Shown here piece by piece: positions 23,480 to 35,584 of a stretch of 42,130 nucleotides of DNA. Position 1 is the stretch's first letter. The number at the start of each line of letters is the position of its first letter. The stretch lies in NCBI RefSeq assembly GCF_004010195.1, contig NW_025215201.1, forward strand, positions 1-42,130, written 5' to 3'. The notes below the pieces were generated by a model that saw only the letters and a list, made by a program, of their open reading frames with translations, ran no database searches and was not told where the DNA came from. The stretch comes from Chiloscyllium plagiosum (Eukaryota). Position numbers and translations under genes: made by a program.

Positions 23480-25085
23480 CAGGTTGTGAGACTTCTTGTT
23501 TATCAATCTGAAAAAGGTAGCTTACAGGATCAGCAGGCAACAGAGAAGGTAAATCAAATGCTGCCTTTTATGACAGAGGGAATGGAGTTAAAAACTAGGG
23601 AGATCTTTCTAAAATGACGCAAGGTACCAGTCAGACCACACTTTGAATATTATGAACAGGGTGAGTGCCCGAAGGAAAAATATTCTTGCATTGGAGGCAG
23701 GGCAGAGAGGGTTCAATCGACTGATCCTGGGAATGGAGGGATTTTCTAGTGAGTAGAGGTGGAGCAGATGGAGGTTGAACCCATTGAAGTTTAGAAAATG
23801 AGAAAAAAATGGAATGAAACATGCAAGATTCTGAGGGGCCCTGATCGGGCTGATGCTGCGAAGTTAGAAAATAGAACAGTAGAGCACAGCAACAGGCCCT
23901 TCGGCCCACCATGTTTGTGCTGTCCTTGATGCTATTCTAACTCATCCCATATGCCTGCACATGATCCATATCCCTCTATTTTCTGTCTGTCATGTTTCTG
24001 TCTTAATGCCACTTCAAACTTTGCTCACATTTTTGCTTCCACGACCTCCCTCGATAACTTCCAATCTCTATGCAAAAAATAAACTTGCCTCACACATCGC
24101 GTTTAAACTTTCTCTTTCTCAACTTAAACCTATGCGCTCTCGTATTTAATACTGACACATTGGAAAAGAGATTCTGACTATCCATATTATCTGTTCCTCT
24201 CCCAATGTTTTTACCTGTACCTGATCATCTGTCACCCTCTGATAATCTCGCAAAACAATCCAACTTTGTTTAAATTTCCTCTTACACCTAATAACACTTA
24301 AAAAACCTAACACAGGCAAACGTGCTGATAAACCCCTTTTACACCCTCTCCAAAGGCTCCACATCCTTCCTATTGTATGGAGATGAGAACTGCACACAGT
24401 ACTCCAAATGTGGCTAAACAAACGTTTTATACAATTACAACATCAGATGCAAATCACGATACCCAACGTTATGACCGATGAAGGCCAGTATTCCACTTGC
24501 TTTCTATCCCATCTGAAAGACTTCTGTTGCCAGTTTCAGGGAGGTACTGACTTGCACCAAGGTCCTTCTGTTTATCAATGTCCCTCAGTATCCTAACTTT
24601 CTTCTTGACTTTGACATGACCTCACATTTGTCCAGATTTCTCTGCACATTTTTCCAACTGATCCGTAACCTCCTGCAACCTTGGATCTCCTTGCTCATTC
24701 ACGCCAACTCCACCAATGTTCATGTCACCTGCAATAATTATATTTGTCACTTCCTTTCATTTCAATTGTGTGAGAATCTGTAACCAGAGGGCATAAAACC
24801 CCAGCAAGGGCTCACCCATTGAAGATGGAGATGAGGATGAATGTCTTCATTCAGAGGGTAGGGACTCTGTGGGAATTCATGAATGCAGGGGGCTGCTGAG
24901 GCTGGGTCATTAAGGTTATTTACAGCAGAGATGGTGAGGTTTTAATGAATCAGGGAAACAAGGGTTTTGTGGAAAAGGCAGGAAAGTAGAATTAAAGATC
25001 ATCAGGTCAGCCATGATCTAATTGAAGAGCACAGCATCCTCAAAGGGCCAAATGGCCTAATTCCTCTCCTACATCTCATGGTCCG
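23480..25085 (+). mobile_element. Old CR1 3' fragment split by an oppositely oriented CR1 (23866-24735)
   Basis: 23480-23865 resembles the ORF2 C-terminus (KVNQML.F..RGME.K.RE). 24775-25085 continues to a 3' UTR ending AAATGGCCTAATTCCTCTCCTACATCTCATGGTC. Confidence 0.72.
23866..24735 (-). mobile_element. Decayed CR1 3' fragment
   Basis: Reverse tail AGAACAGTAGAGCACAGCAACAGGCCCTTCGGCCCACCATG and HLEYCVQF motif (ACTGCACACAGTACTCCAAATGTGG). Paralogue at 30546-31650. Confidence 0.8.
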
Positions 25086-25567
25086 AACTCAAACTCAATC
25101 TGTCCTGCGTAACATTATGGGTCTCTGCTCACAAAACTCCTTTATAATTGGATTTTTAGATTCTTATTATTACACAGCATTTGATCTACATTAGACAATT
25201 GTGTTGATGGCTCCTTCATGTGATGTTACAGAAAACCATCTCGTATCCAATCCAGGATTCCATCCATTCCAGCCCTGATACTCATTTGTTATCCAGTCGG
25301 GATGGAGACCACTGTCACATACAGTTACTGTCCTGCCCTTGCTACAAGTACATTCAGTGTCTTGACTGTAACCATGTTGACATTACCATCACTGTCTGGT
25401 GCCTATAAAAGAATTCCTGCTAATGGCTGCTGCTCCTTGTTTATTCTCAGCTCCATCCAAATAGACTACAAATTTTGATCTTCAGTTCCATGTGGCTATC
25501 TCATTGATGCATTAACCTCATCCTTTCTTCACAACTTGTTAATTTTTTGCCTAGTTTTTCTCTTGGG

Positions 25568-25660
25568 ACTAGATTGGGTTGGAATATCTGGTCAGCATGG
25601 ATGGGTTGGACTGAAGGATCTGTTTCCATGCTATACATCTCATTGACTCTATGACTCTAT
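25568..25660 (+). mobile_element. Very short CR1 3' tail insertion
   Basis: GACTAGATTGGGTTGG..GGTTGGACTGAAGGATCTGTTTCCATGCTATACATCTC..GACTCTATGACTCTAT terminal repeat. Not present at the matching place in unit B. Confidence 0.78.
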
Positions 25661-25809
25661 CCCAACAACCTTTCAATATTCCCTTCCCAAAAACGGTCAT
25701 TCTGCAGCTACATTTCCGGAATGACAGTTCCATCTTATCTGTTCACTGTCTTACCATCTGCCTTATGGCAAATGCTGGGAGACAATCATCAGTAGTGGGG
25801 AGTTGAACG

Positions 25810-26585
25810 GATGGATAGAGGTTACAGAGATAGACAAGCTTACAGGGTCTCGAGGATGTTTGAGTTAAACAGAGTTACATCAAGTCATGAATGTCAGTGG
25901 GACAAAAGGGTTTGAGGATTCGAGGAATTTAGAGAGGTAGAGGGAGCTGGTTTAGATTCTGGAGATAGGGATAGGGATGGATGTAGGGAGAGGGGGATAG
26001 ACTGAGTGGCACAGCCAGGAGTCTGTTTCAGTAGGATAGCATTGTATATACTAACAGAGATATGGAAGGTTGTAGTGACTGAAGACGCTTACAGATATAA
26101 GTTTTCTAGGTTCTGGAGACTACAGAGATAGGAAGGCGAATGCCAGGTTACTGGGTTGGAGACAGTTACACAGATGGGGAGGGTTGCACAAACTGAAAGA
26201 GGTTCCGAGGGTCAGGAGGGGTGTGGGGTCGGGAACGAGGGTGAAATTTAAAACAATTCAGCTCGAAGAATTGGAGAATGATAAGGAGATTACAAATCTT
26301 TCACAGCTAAGGAAGTATTGTAGGAGCTGGAGAAGATTACCTAGGGAGAGACCGATGGAAAGGTTAAAGATAAATATATTGATATGGAGGGTGGTTGGTA
26401 GGAGGAGCTTACAGGGATAGACAGGACTTCGGGATTTGCAGGGATGAAGGAAATTAGTATCTACTGGAGAAGGTTAGGGATGAGGGCGTTAGGGGTTAGA
26501 GAACCTGACAGTGACAGAGAGAATGGTGTGGACTAGAGGAGATTCCAAACAGAATTATCGGGACTGGAGGATATTGCAGAGATAA
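25810..26585. repeat. Degenerate purine-rich tandem repeat (unit about 35-40 bp, GTTACAGAGATAGGGAGGG..GGACTGGAG-like)
   Basis: Recurrent TTACAGAGAT(A/G)G and ACTGGAG motifs. Similar tracts at 16935-17090, 31980-33030 and 33990-34480. Confidence 0.7.
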
Positions 26586-26805
26586 CTAATACAACATGGG
26601 CCAGGACTGATGCCTGCGATCCCCTGTGTTGACGCATTGAGGACCTGTACAGCAGAGGTGAGAGCAGGACCCTCACAAGGTGATGGGAATGAAGCCTAGA
26701 ATGTTGCTGTTCCTTGCCCAGTTCCGTATCTATGTCCTGTCTTCCGGGTCTGAATACAGAAGGCCACTAACTCCACCCTGTGCTGTTTACTGTGAGTGGA
26801 CTTAC

Positions 26806-26925
26806 TGGCTACAGGATTTACTGAAGGCTTCAGATCTCTCTCTCTCCATCTCCATCTCTCTCTGGCTGACCAAGCGTCTTCAATGAGGTGATGGATGAGA
26901 CAGGAATTCGGAATATCCTGATTAC
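26806..26925 (-). other. Candidate 120-nt exon, copy B
   Basis: Acceptor CTATTTCTCGACCTCATGCAG| and donor |GTAAGT. The ATG position of A and C reads ACG and that frame hits TGA. A different frame is open (NQDIPNSCLIHHLIEDAWSARERWRWRERDLKPSVNPVA). Confidence 0.42.
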
Positions 26926-27209
26926 CTGCATGAGGTCGAGAAATAGACAAAATAGGAAATTAGACCTTTGCAGTCAGGATAACTTGTACAGAGTGGCACA
27001 GAGTCCACCAGAGATCACGAAAATCCCAGTCTCCGTCCCTGGCCTGCTCTGCTGTGTCTTTCTGAAGTGGACAATTCTGTTGACTCAGGATATCAGATCA
27101 TCTGTAAGAGGGAGAAACACTGATAGAGGCAGCAAATAGACCCTCACAGCGAGGGGTACCACATGGAGAGATACTGAGTGATATCACCAGAGTGCAGGAA
27201 GGTGTCATG

Positions 27210-27970
27210 ATCACACAATGGTGTCAAAGACGTGGTTCTGATGCAGTGGGAACTGCTACCAGTTCTCAGGGAGAAGTCAGCCATTATATTCGGATGGGCT
27301 ATACTGGTTCGGTGCGAGGGCCAATCTCCTTGCCGATGAAATGACCAGGATTATTCAGGTTGCTTTAAACTGACACAGATGAGGAGGGACACGGCATACG
27401 TGAAAGGCAATTCCCAAGTCCAAAGAGAAAGGTTGAAAATATTGGAACACCATGAGATGTGGCTGAAGACAAACAGAAAGAAACAGGAAGGGACTGCGTT
27501 TAACTGAAATTGTACATCAGCAAATAGGTTTGTGATGGAAATTGTGATTAAAAAAAGTAAATTGTTGTTTCTTAATTGGCGTGCATGAAGCATTTGCAAT
27601 AAGTTACATGCACGTGTGACTATCATTTCTGTCTAATCACAATCAGAGTGACATTTTCACAGGGTGAACAAAAATGGTGAGTCATTAATATTCGTGGTCA
27701 GACAACATTGTGGAAAGCCGGACAGAATGGGAAGCAGGATAAGGAACTCCCACAGTTAGAGATAACAATGGGATTACCTGCAAAATATGTGGCCTCAGAT
27801 TATCAAGCAATAGGAAACCAAATTCTGGGTAATAAAGATCAGAACATAAAAGTGCAAGGACAGTGTTAAAGCCCCTTATTAGCATTACATTATTAGACAC
27901 TGTATTAACAGGGCGTTGTTGGAATTTGTAACAAAGGCACTGGGGTAATTGAGAGGGAATTCAGCCTTCC
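27210..27970 (+). mobile_element. Old CR1 ORF1 end / ORF2 start relic, lacking the SINE present in A and C
   Basis: DGL..F..RANLLADEMTRIIQVALN* followed by a degenerate A*SICNK motif. Confidence 0.7.
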
Positions 27971-27974
27971 TATC

Positions 27975-28275
27975 TATTCATCTCATTGGTTATGGGTCGC
28001 AGACGTGTCTGACTCTCTCCCACTTTAAGAGGGAGTCTAGGTGGCTGTACAGACCGATGTGACCTTCCATAGATTCTGTTACACTTGGGGTAACAGGTTG
28101 CCATGGGAAGGGGGTGGGTGGGGCGTTGGTGTGGCAGCGCGCTCCTTGTGCTATGTTCTCCTAGATTCCCCTTTTTCCCCAACAGCAAGTCTCGAGGTAC
28201 TCGATACTCTCCCAGTGCTCCTCCTCCACTTCGGACGGTCTGACCCAGTAATTCCCAGGAGTTACCAGATTTGAT
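27975..28275 (-). mobile_element. RTE-clade LINE 3' fragment
   Basis: Frameshifted minus-strand translation contains SWE.L..DRPKWRRS..KERAATPTPHPP..CYPKCNR, resembling an RTE ORF C-terminus with a terminal Cys/His motif. Present in unit B only. Confidence 0.65.
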
Positions 28276-28544
28276 TAAGAGATGAAAAAAAACTATCAGT
28301 TCTGAAGAAGCCAAAGTTTAGAAATGTGGACGCATTTGTCAAAGAGATCACGAGGGAGTCTCCTAGCAGGAGGAGTGCAGTAGGAAGAGGAAACGTTGCC
28401 AGCGTTTAATCAGATGATCGGAACAGGGAGAATTGAAGGTGCTGGAGGTGGTGAGAGTGTTACAGAAGGGGCAAAGGCCTGAACAGTATTACAAAGCCAG
28501 AATTGCTGCAGCTAGAGCTGTTTGCAGAGGTGGGGATGGACATA

Positions 28545-28770
28545 TGTATTTTTCATTGATTCATTCATGGCCTGAGGTTGTCACCAGTTGGACCGGCATA
28601 CATTGCCCTCCTGCTAATTGCCCAGAGGCAACTCAGAGTCAGCCATATTGCTGTGGGTCTGGAGTTACATGTACGCCAGATCAGGTAAGAATGTCAGATG
28701 TCCTTCTCTAAAGGACATATGTGAACAAGATGAGTTTTCCCAGATAATCAACAATACTTATATGGTGACC
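28545..28770 (-). mobile_element. SacSINE1-like SINE, 3' half (paralogue of 19578-19798)
   Basis: CCAGAGGCAACTCAGAGTCAGCCATATTGCTGTGGGTCTGGAGTTACATGT..CAGGTAAG..AAGGACAT..GTGAAC. Confidence 0.72.
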
Positions 28771-29905
28771 TCATGAATGTCCAGTACAGATACAATCTGA
28801 CATCCCAAATCCTACTATCAATGTTGTGACCAATGAAGCTAACTATCCCAAACGTCTGCTTCACCAGCCAGTCTACCTGTGACGCTACTTTCAAAGAACT
28901 GTGTACCTGCATCCCTGGGTCACTGATTGACAACACTACCCAGGGCCTAATCATTAATTGTACAAGTCCAGCTCTGGTCTGCTTTACCAGAATGCAACAC
29001 TGTGCATTTCTCCACCTGCTATTCCTAATCTCACTGACCCAGCAGTACTGTTGATCCCATTGTACTCTTCAATAACTCTCTTCACTGTCCACTTTACCAC
29101 TAATTTCAGTGTCACTCACACACTTGCTAACCATGACTCCTGTATTCTCATCCAAACTGTTTATAGAAATGATGCACAACAGTGACCCAGCACAGAACCC
29201 CATGGCACACTGTTGGTCACAGGTCTGCAGTTCGAACAGCAACCCTCCATGAACACGCTGTGTCTCCTCCCGTCAATCTAATTTTGCATCCAGTTGGTGA
29301 GTGCTCCCTGGTTGTGCGTGATCTAAACTTATTAACCAGTCTGCCATGCAGAACATTGTCAAAGGCCTTGCTAAAGTTAATGTAGACATCATTTACTGCT
29401 CTGCTTTGATCTGTCACTTTTCTACCTCTACACTCAGGTTTGAGGCATGATTGCCCATACACAAAACCATGCTGACTATCGTTAATCTGTTCTTGCTTTT
29501 CCAAATGCATGATAAACCTTTCTTTCAGAATCTCCTCCAACTACTTACCCACCTCTACCATCAGTCTCACTGGTCTGTAGTTGCTGTCGATGACACAAAC
29601 ATCTCTGCGAGGGACCCGGTAGTTTCCTCACTAGCTTCTCACTAGGCACTGGTGTCTGATCGTGTCCCAAGGTTTTATTTAACGTTTTGCATTTTAGGCA
29701 TCCAACACCTCCTGTTCTCCAATGTGAACTCTGTTCAAGACATCACTATGTATTTTCCCAAGGTCCCGAGCTTCCAACTCCTTCTCCAAAGTAAATCCTA
29801 ACACAAAACACTTGTTCAGTATCTCACCCATCAGCACTGACTCCACATAAACAGCCTCATTGACCTTTCAGGGGCCCTATTCTCTCCTGAGTTAATTTTT
29901 AGCCC
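28771..29905 (-). mobile_element. Decayed CR1 ORF2 (RT) fragment
   Basis: DSQHGFVYGQSCL, VYINFSKAFDNVLHGRLVNK and QVHSSLKVASQVDWLVKQTFG motifs. Confidence 0.85.
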
Positions 29906-30174
29906 TTGCTAAAACTTGTCAAAATGCTTTTAAAATTTCAAATATCCCCCTAGCGCTACTAGCCTCCCCCAGATTTAATTATCCTGCCATATATGGTCAC
30001 ACCAAAATATAGAATGCAACAAATTTAAAAATATTTCCCTTTTATAAAATCAAGTGTCTCCCATTGTTTCTAAGCGTCCAGTTATCATTTTTTGTCATAT
30101 CCTTTATAACACATTCCAGCACGTCCCCGACTTACTGTCAGGCTAACACCGTTTGGTTTCAGGCTGACTGCACA

Positions 30175-31650
30175 AAGGGTTTTGGGAATCCTTGTGGATC
30201 ATTCTGAAAAAGGTAGTTTACAGGGTCAGCAGGTAATAGAGAAGGTAAATCAAATGCTGGCATTTATTACAAAGGGAATGGAGTCTAAATATAGGGAGGT
30301 CTAGTTAAAACGATGCAAGGTACAAGTTAGACCACACCTAGATTATAATGAACAGGATGAGTATTCTTGTATTGGAGGCAGGCCAGGGAAGGTTCACTCG
30401 ACTGATTCTGGAGATGGCGGGATTTTCCAATGAGAAGAAGTGGAGTAGATTGACCTTGAACCTAATGGGGATTTGAAGAATGGGAGAGAAATTGAAAGAA
30501 ACATCGAGGATTCTGAGGGCTTTGACAGGGTAGATGCTGTGAAGATAGAAAATCGAACAGTACAGCAGGGTAATCGGCCCTTCGGCCCACCATGGCTGTG
30601 TTGACCATGATGGTATTCTAAATTAATCTGCCTGCACATGGGCGATATCCCTCTATTTTCTGCCTGTTCATGTTTCTGTCGAAATGCCACTTCAAAACTA
30701 TGCTCTCGTTGCCACTTCTCCCACCCCCTGAGCAGCTTCCACTCTCTGTGTCAAGAAAACTGGCCTTCTTCATCTCACATAAAACTTCTCACTCTCACCT
30801 TAAACCGACGCGCACTAGTATTTGAGATTTCGACATTGGAAGAAGGATTCCAATTATCCACACTATCCATGCCTCTCCTAATGCTATATATCTATACGGG
30901 GTCAACTCTCAGCTCCGATATTCTCGCAAGACAATCCAACTGTGTCTAAGTTCCTTACACTAAACACATTCTCATCGAGACAACATTCTGGTAGATCTCT
31001 GTTGCACGCTCCCCAAAGGCTCCACATTCTTCCTGTAGTGTGTCAATGAGACCTACACACAACATACCAAACATGGCCGAATGAAATTTCATTCAGTCAC
31101 AACATGACATGCAAACGTCTGTACTCCAAACTGTGCCCAATGAAACGAAGCATGCCATACTCCTCCTTTACCACCACATTCTGCTATGTTGGTATTTTCA
31201 GGGAGCTACGGATTTGCATCCAAGGTTGCCTGTTTTAGCAATGTTTCCAATTAGTCAAATGGTGTAATTCTCTCTTCCATTTGACTTCATAAATGCATCA
31301 CTTTACACTTGTCCCGATGAAATTCGATTTGCCATTTCGCTGCCCAGCGTTCCAGCTGATCTACACACTGCTGCAACCTTTAACACTCTTCCTCACTATC
31401 CACAATTCCCCTAACTATTCCGAATCATGACATGCCTTTCTAAATGTCGTCTGCACAATTACCATTCAAACTGCTGACCTTATCATCTTATTCACAGATA
31501 TAAATTACAAACAGATATCGCAGCACTGATCTTTGTGAAACACCATTGGCCACAGACGCCCAATCCGAAATTCACCACTGCACATGCCTCTGTCTACTAT
31601 CACCAAGAAAATATTGTATCCAACTTCGCACCGACCATGGATTCCATGGA
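30175..31650. mobile_element. Plus-strand CR1 fragment (30175-30545) abutting a minus-strand CR1 (30546-31650)
   Basis: Same arrangement as 23480-24735. QVIEKVNQMLAFITKGMESKYREV on the plus strand, and reverse tail ACAGTACAGCA..GGCCCTTCGGCCCACCATG. Confidence 0.78.
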
Positions 31651-31979
31651 TTGTGATTTGATCTTCCAGATTTCCCTTGCTATTTGAAAGTTGGCCATTC
31701 AACATAACTCCAAAATTTGATTCCCAGATTAAATTGGCTGTCTTAGGATGCGCGGACTGCATCCTTTCTTCACAACAAAACGGGATCTTGTTCGTTTTTT
31801 TTTACTGATGCTGCCTAAACCCCTTCCACCCCTCAATAATCACATCCCAGCCATGGTCATTCTGCAGCCACATCTCCATAACAATATTTCGAACATACCT
31901 ATTCTCTTCAGTTAATGCTGTCATTCCATCTGCCTTGCTGGAAATGCATGGCACGTGTCACCGAGAGAGGATCTTTGAG

Positions 31980-34480
31980 GGATGGATAGAGGTCACAGAG
32001 TTGGAGAGATGTTTGGGAGTGCGACGGTGTTGCAGGGCTAAGCATAACTACAGTTGCTAGTGAATGTTCACAGGATAAAACATTCTATTGTTTGAAGGAA
32101 GTTAGAGAGATAAAGCGTCTTTATTAGATTCCAGACATAGGTACGTGTATAGGGTAGTGGATTGTTACATGGAATATGCTGATCAGGGTGTAGAAACATT
32201 CGCATGATTCCAGGATGTGGTACATATAATAACAGTTGTGGGATCTGGAAAATATGACAGTGATAGGGAGGATGGTATGGACTGGAGAATGTTGCAAGCA
32301 CACGGAAGATGATATAGACTGGAGAATATTGCAGGGATAGGGAGGAAGTTGTGGACTGAATAAACTTGAAAGTAGAGATGATTTTATACTCTGGAATGCA
32401 CTTCAGACAGAGTGAGTGGCGTGCATGCTGCAAGTTACGACAGGGATAGGGAAGCTTGTAGAGACTGGATGAGAGAGTCATAGAGAGGCTTGCGAGACAC
32501 CAGATTCACTTATGAGCATAGGATGTATTACAGCGAGCAGAGCCTTTGCAGATATAAACAAGGATACAATGGCCACAAAGCAGTCACACCAATACACAGG
32601 CATATAGGAACTGAAGAAATTGAAGGGATGACACATACGGGGAGTGTTGTATGCAGTGGAGGAGATTAAACTGATAGGGATGGTTTTAGAGACTCAACAA
32701 CGTTAGGAAATAATGGGGGTTGCAATGGTGAGAGCAGGTTTCAGCACGTTGGAGGATTTCGACCTGAAGGAGCTTTCACAGATAGCGATGGCTTTCGGTT
32801 CTAGTGGGGGCTGCAAAGTAATGGGGATTGTAGAGACTGGAGGTATTTACACCGATAGGGAGAGAATTAGTGATCGGCAGAATTCACAAAAACGGGTCTG
32901 CAGGACACGACAGAAATAAGAAGGGTTGTATCAACTTGATCGTGTACACAGGCAGGAAAGCTTGTGGGTGTTGGAACAGCTCAACATGATAGGGAGGGGC
33001 ATAGAGACTGGAGATGTTGTAGAAAGATTACTATGCTTAATGCTTTAGAACTCCACATAAGTCTGTCCTGGTTCCTTCTTTGTGTTTCTGAACCGCTGTC
33101 AATAAGCTTTTGGTACTAATCCGTAAGCGCTTATAATAGCCTGTTTGACATGTGCATAATCTCTTGACCACTCATGAGACAGAACTGAAAATACCTCACT
33201 GGCTCTGCCTAATAGCTGAGACTGAACTAGCTTTACCCACAAGATCTCAGGCCACTCCATCTGTCTATCCAATTTTTCAAATGAAGTACAGAGGTCCTTG
33301 AAAGTAGAGTCACAGGTAGATAGGATAGCAAAGAAGGCACTTGGTATGCATTCCTTTATTGGTCAGAGTATTGAGCACAGGAGTTGGGAGATCATGTTGC
33401 GGCTGACAGGACATTGTTAGGCCAATTTTGGAATACCATGTGCAATTCTGGTCCCCTTCCTATCAGGAGGCTGTTATGAAATTTAAAAGTGTTCAGAAAC
33501 GATTTACAAGAATGTTGCCAGGGTTGGAGAATTTGAGCTACAGAGAGAGGCTGAACTGGCTGGGGCTGTTTTCACTGGACTGTCAGAGGTTCAAGAGTGA
33601 CCTTACACAGGTTTATAAAATCATGAGGGGTATGGATAGGATAAATAGGCAAAGTATTTTTCCCTGGGGCCGGGTGTCCAGAACTAGAAGGCATAGGTTT
33701 AGGGTGAGAGGGGAAAGATATAAAAGATACCTAAGGGGCAACCTTTTCACACAGAGGGTGGTACGTGTATAGAATGAGCTCCCAGAAGCAGTGGTGGAGC
33801 CTAGTACAATTGCAACACTTATAAGGCATCTGGATGGGTACATGAAAAGAAAGGGTTTAGAGGAAGATTTTGCCAGGTGCTGGTTGGTGCGACTGGGTTG
33901 TCATGGACAAGTTGGACCGAAGGTCTGTTTCCATGCTGTACATCTCTATAATTCTCTGACTTTAATTGCCGAAGTTTCAAATCACTGCAGGCAGTTGGAG
34001 CCGAGATAGAATTGTAAGGTCTTTTGGAGGTTCCACAGTTCGGGAGGATTGCAGGGACTTGATGATATGGTACATGGAAGTAGAGTTAGAGGGACTGAAC
34101 CTGGAACAGAGATAGAGAGATGCGCAGGGGATTACAGAGATATGGTGGCCAGTGGTCTCTGGTGGAAGTTCCATGTACAGGGATGGTTTTTGGAACTGTT
34201 GGACTCTGGAAAGATAGGTAGATTTGGAGTGGTTTACAAATGCATGGATAAATGTAGTGACTGGAGCATACGGAGCTGGTGAGGGCTGTAGGAGATGCAA
34301 TAATTTGGATGAACTGTAAAAGCTGGAGGGGTTCTCACAGACAAGGAGGATTGTAGGAATGTGGGCAGTTTATGGAGATAGGGGGTTGGAGCATTCTCAA
34401 TAGTTATTGGTTTGGAGCACTGTCCAAACTGGGGAAGGCTTCTGAATGATGGCGGGATCGAGCAAAAGGAAGTGGTCGCA
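31980..34480. repeat. Highly degenerate purine-rich repeat tract, interrupted at about 33030-33980
   Basis: Scattered GACTGGAG and TTACAGAGATA/GGGATAGGGAGG motifs, with strong G/A bias on the plus strand. Confidence 0.6.
33285..33960 (+). mobile_element. 5'-truncated CR1 LINE 3' end
   Basis: EYHVQFWSPSYQEAVMKFKSVQKRFTRMLPGLENLSYRERLNWLGLFSL..GNLFTQRVVRV, and tail GTTGGACCGAAGGTCTGTTTCCATGCTGTACATCTCTAT. Confidence 0.92.
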
Positions 34481-35068
34481 AAAATTCTAGGAACATAAAC
34501 ATGTCACTTCGGTGCTGTGACACTGAGGGTCATCGGGAGGACAGTCTTCCTCAGTAAACTGTACAGATCCTCGGGGGAATGGACAGGGTGGATGCTGAAA
34601 GGATGCTTCCTTCTCTTATGGGAGAGAGACAGACAACGAGACTCTGTTTGACAAAGGTGAGAAGAGGGAGTTGTCTTTTTCTTCCAATGGCCCAAACCAC
34701 CTCTAGGTTTGTTCCCACACAGTTCAAAGGAATGCAACGCGATAACAAGGAGCAAGGGAAGTTGGGACTGCAGGAGATATGAGACAAATGCCACGTTAGA
34801 AGCGATTGAGGAAGTGAGAGAGAAGGGAGATGAATAACAACTGGAAGTGTTTACAAGGAGTGAAATTTGTCAGGACTGGAGAACATGGCACACTCACTCA
34901 TGAGAGGGAGAAAACTATATGGCTCAAGGGCAAACACAGCGGGAGGATCCCAAGCTTCATACCTGTCATTAATTCAAGGAGATGCTCTCAGCCAGTCTGG
35001 TGCCAAGCCCCACATACAAACAGCATGAGGTTTCCCAGTTCCTGGAACTCAGGGCCCAGTGCACTCAC

Positions 35069-35215
35069 CCTGAATCAGTCAGTGAAGTATTTACAGAGTT
35101 ATGCATTTTCAGAAACCCTGTGCCCTAGCCGACATAAACTGGTATATTCACATTCTACCAGGCAAAGACCATCTGCACTCAGATTCCCTGGTGATACAAC
35201 CCTCTGAGTGATAGT
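35069..35215 (-). other. Candidate 147-nt exon in non-repetitive sequence
   Basis: Acceptor ATTCTATTGTTCTCTGCAG| and donor AGG|GTGAGT. All three frames contain a stop; the first frame is open for 38 codons. Confidence 0.33.
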
Positions 35216-35584
35216 CTGCAGAGAACAATAGAATCCACAAATCCCCATTGCATGGGCCAGGGTCAATGACACAAGTTTCATTCTTTCAAAAATGACAACT
35301 CCTCAATTCTTGCATCTCACAAAATTGCCATTTAAAAATGTTAAAATAAAGAACATTCCAAATGAAGGCTTTGATGAGGTGAGCTCTGGTCAGTAACATA
35401 GATCTGGTTGTTACCAGATGCACAGAGAGTTCTTTCTACCGGAGCACCACCAGGTCAGTATCAGGCACACAGACAGAACGGGCAAATAGATTCACATCGG
35501 AATTCACATCTCCAAGCCTGGCAATTTGAAACTGTGCTCACCCATTCCGGTAAAGATCTCTAGAAACAGGACATCAGAACAAGG

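Larger units (their letters stand above)
17110..26590. repeat. Segmental duplication unit A
   Basis: Co-linear with 26590-33030 and 38675-41330. Shared order: exon-like segment, old CR1 ORF1/ORF2 relic, minus-strand SacSINE tail. A and B additionally share minus CR1, unique spacer, plus CR1, nested minus CR1 and purine-rich repeat. Confidence 0.85.
26590..33030. repeat. Segmental duplication unit B (more diverged copy)
   Basis: Examples of alignment to A: 26800-27210 vs 17300-17730; 28370-29110 vs 19395-20140; 29905-30545 vs 23220-23865; 31700-32000 vs 25470-25830. Confidence 0.82.

Noticed and set aside
25810..26585. Purine-rich degenerate repeat as ancestor of the 29-bp minisatellite
   Set aside because: Only GGGAGGG and TTACA-like words are shared. 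The unit length differs and I see no convincing alignment by eye.
26888..27139. Plus-strand 83-aa ORF overlapping the conserved segment
   Set aside because: It is not open in paralogues A and C, and the splice signals favour the minus strand.
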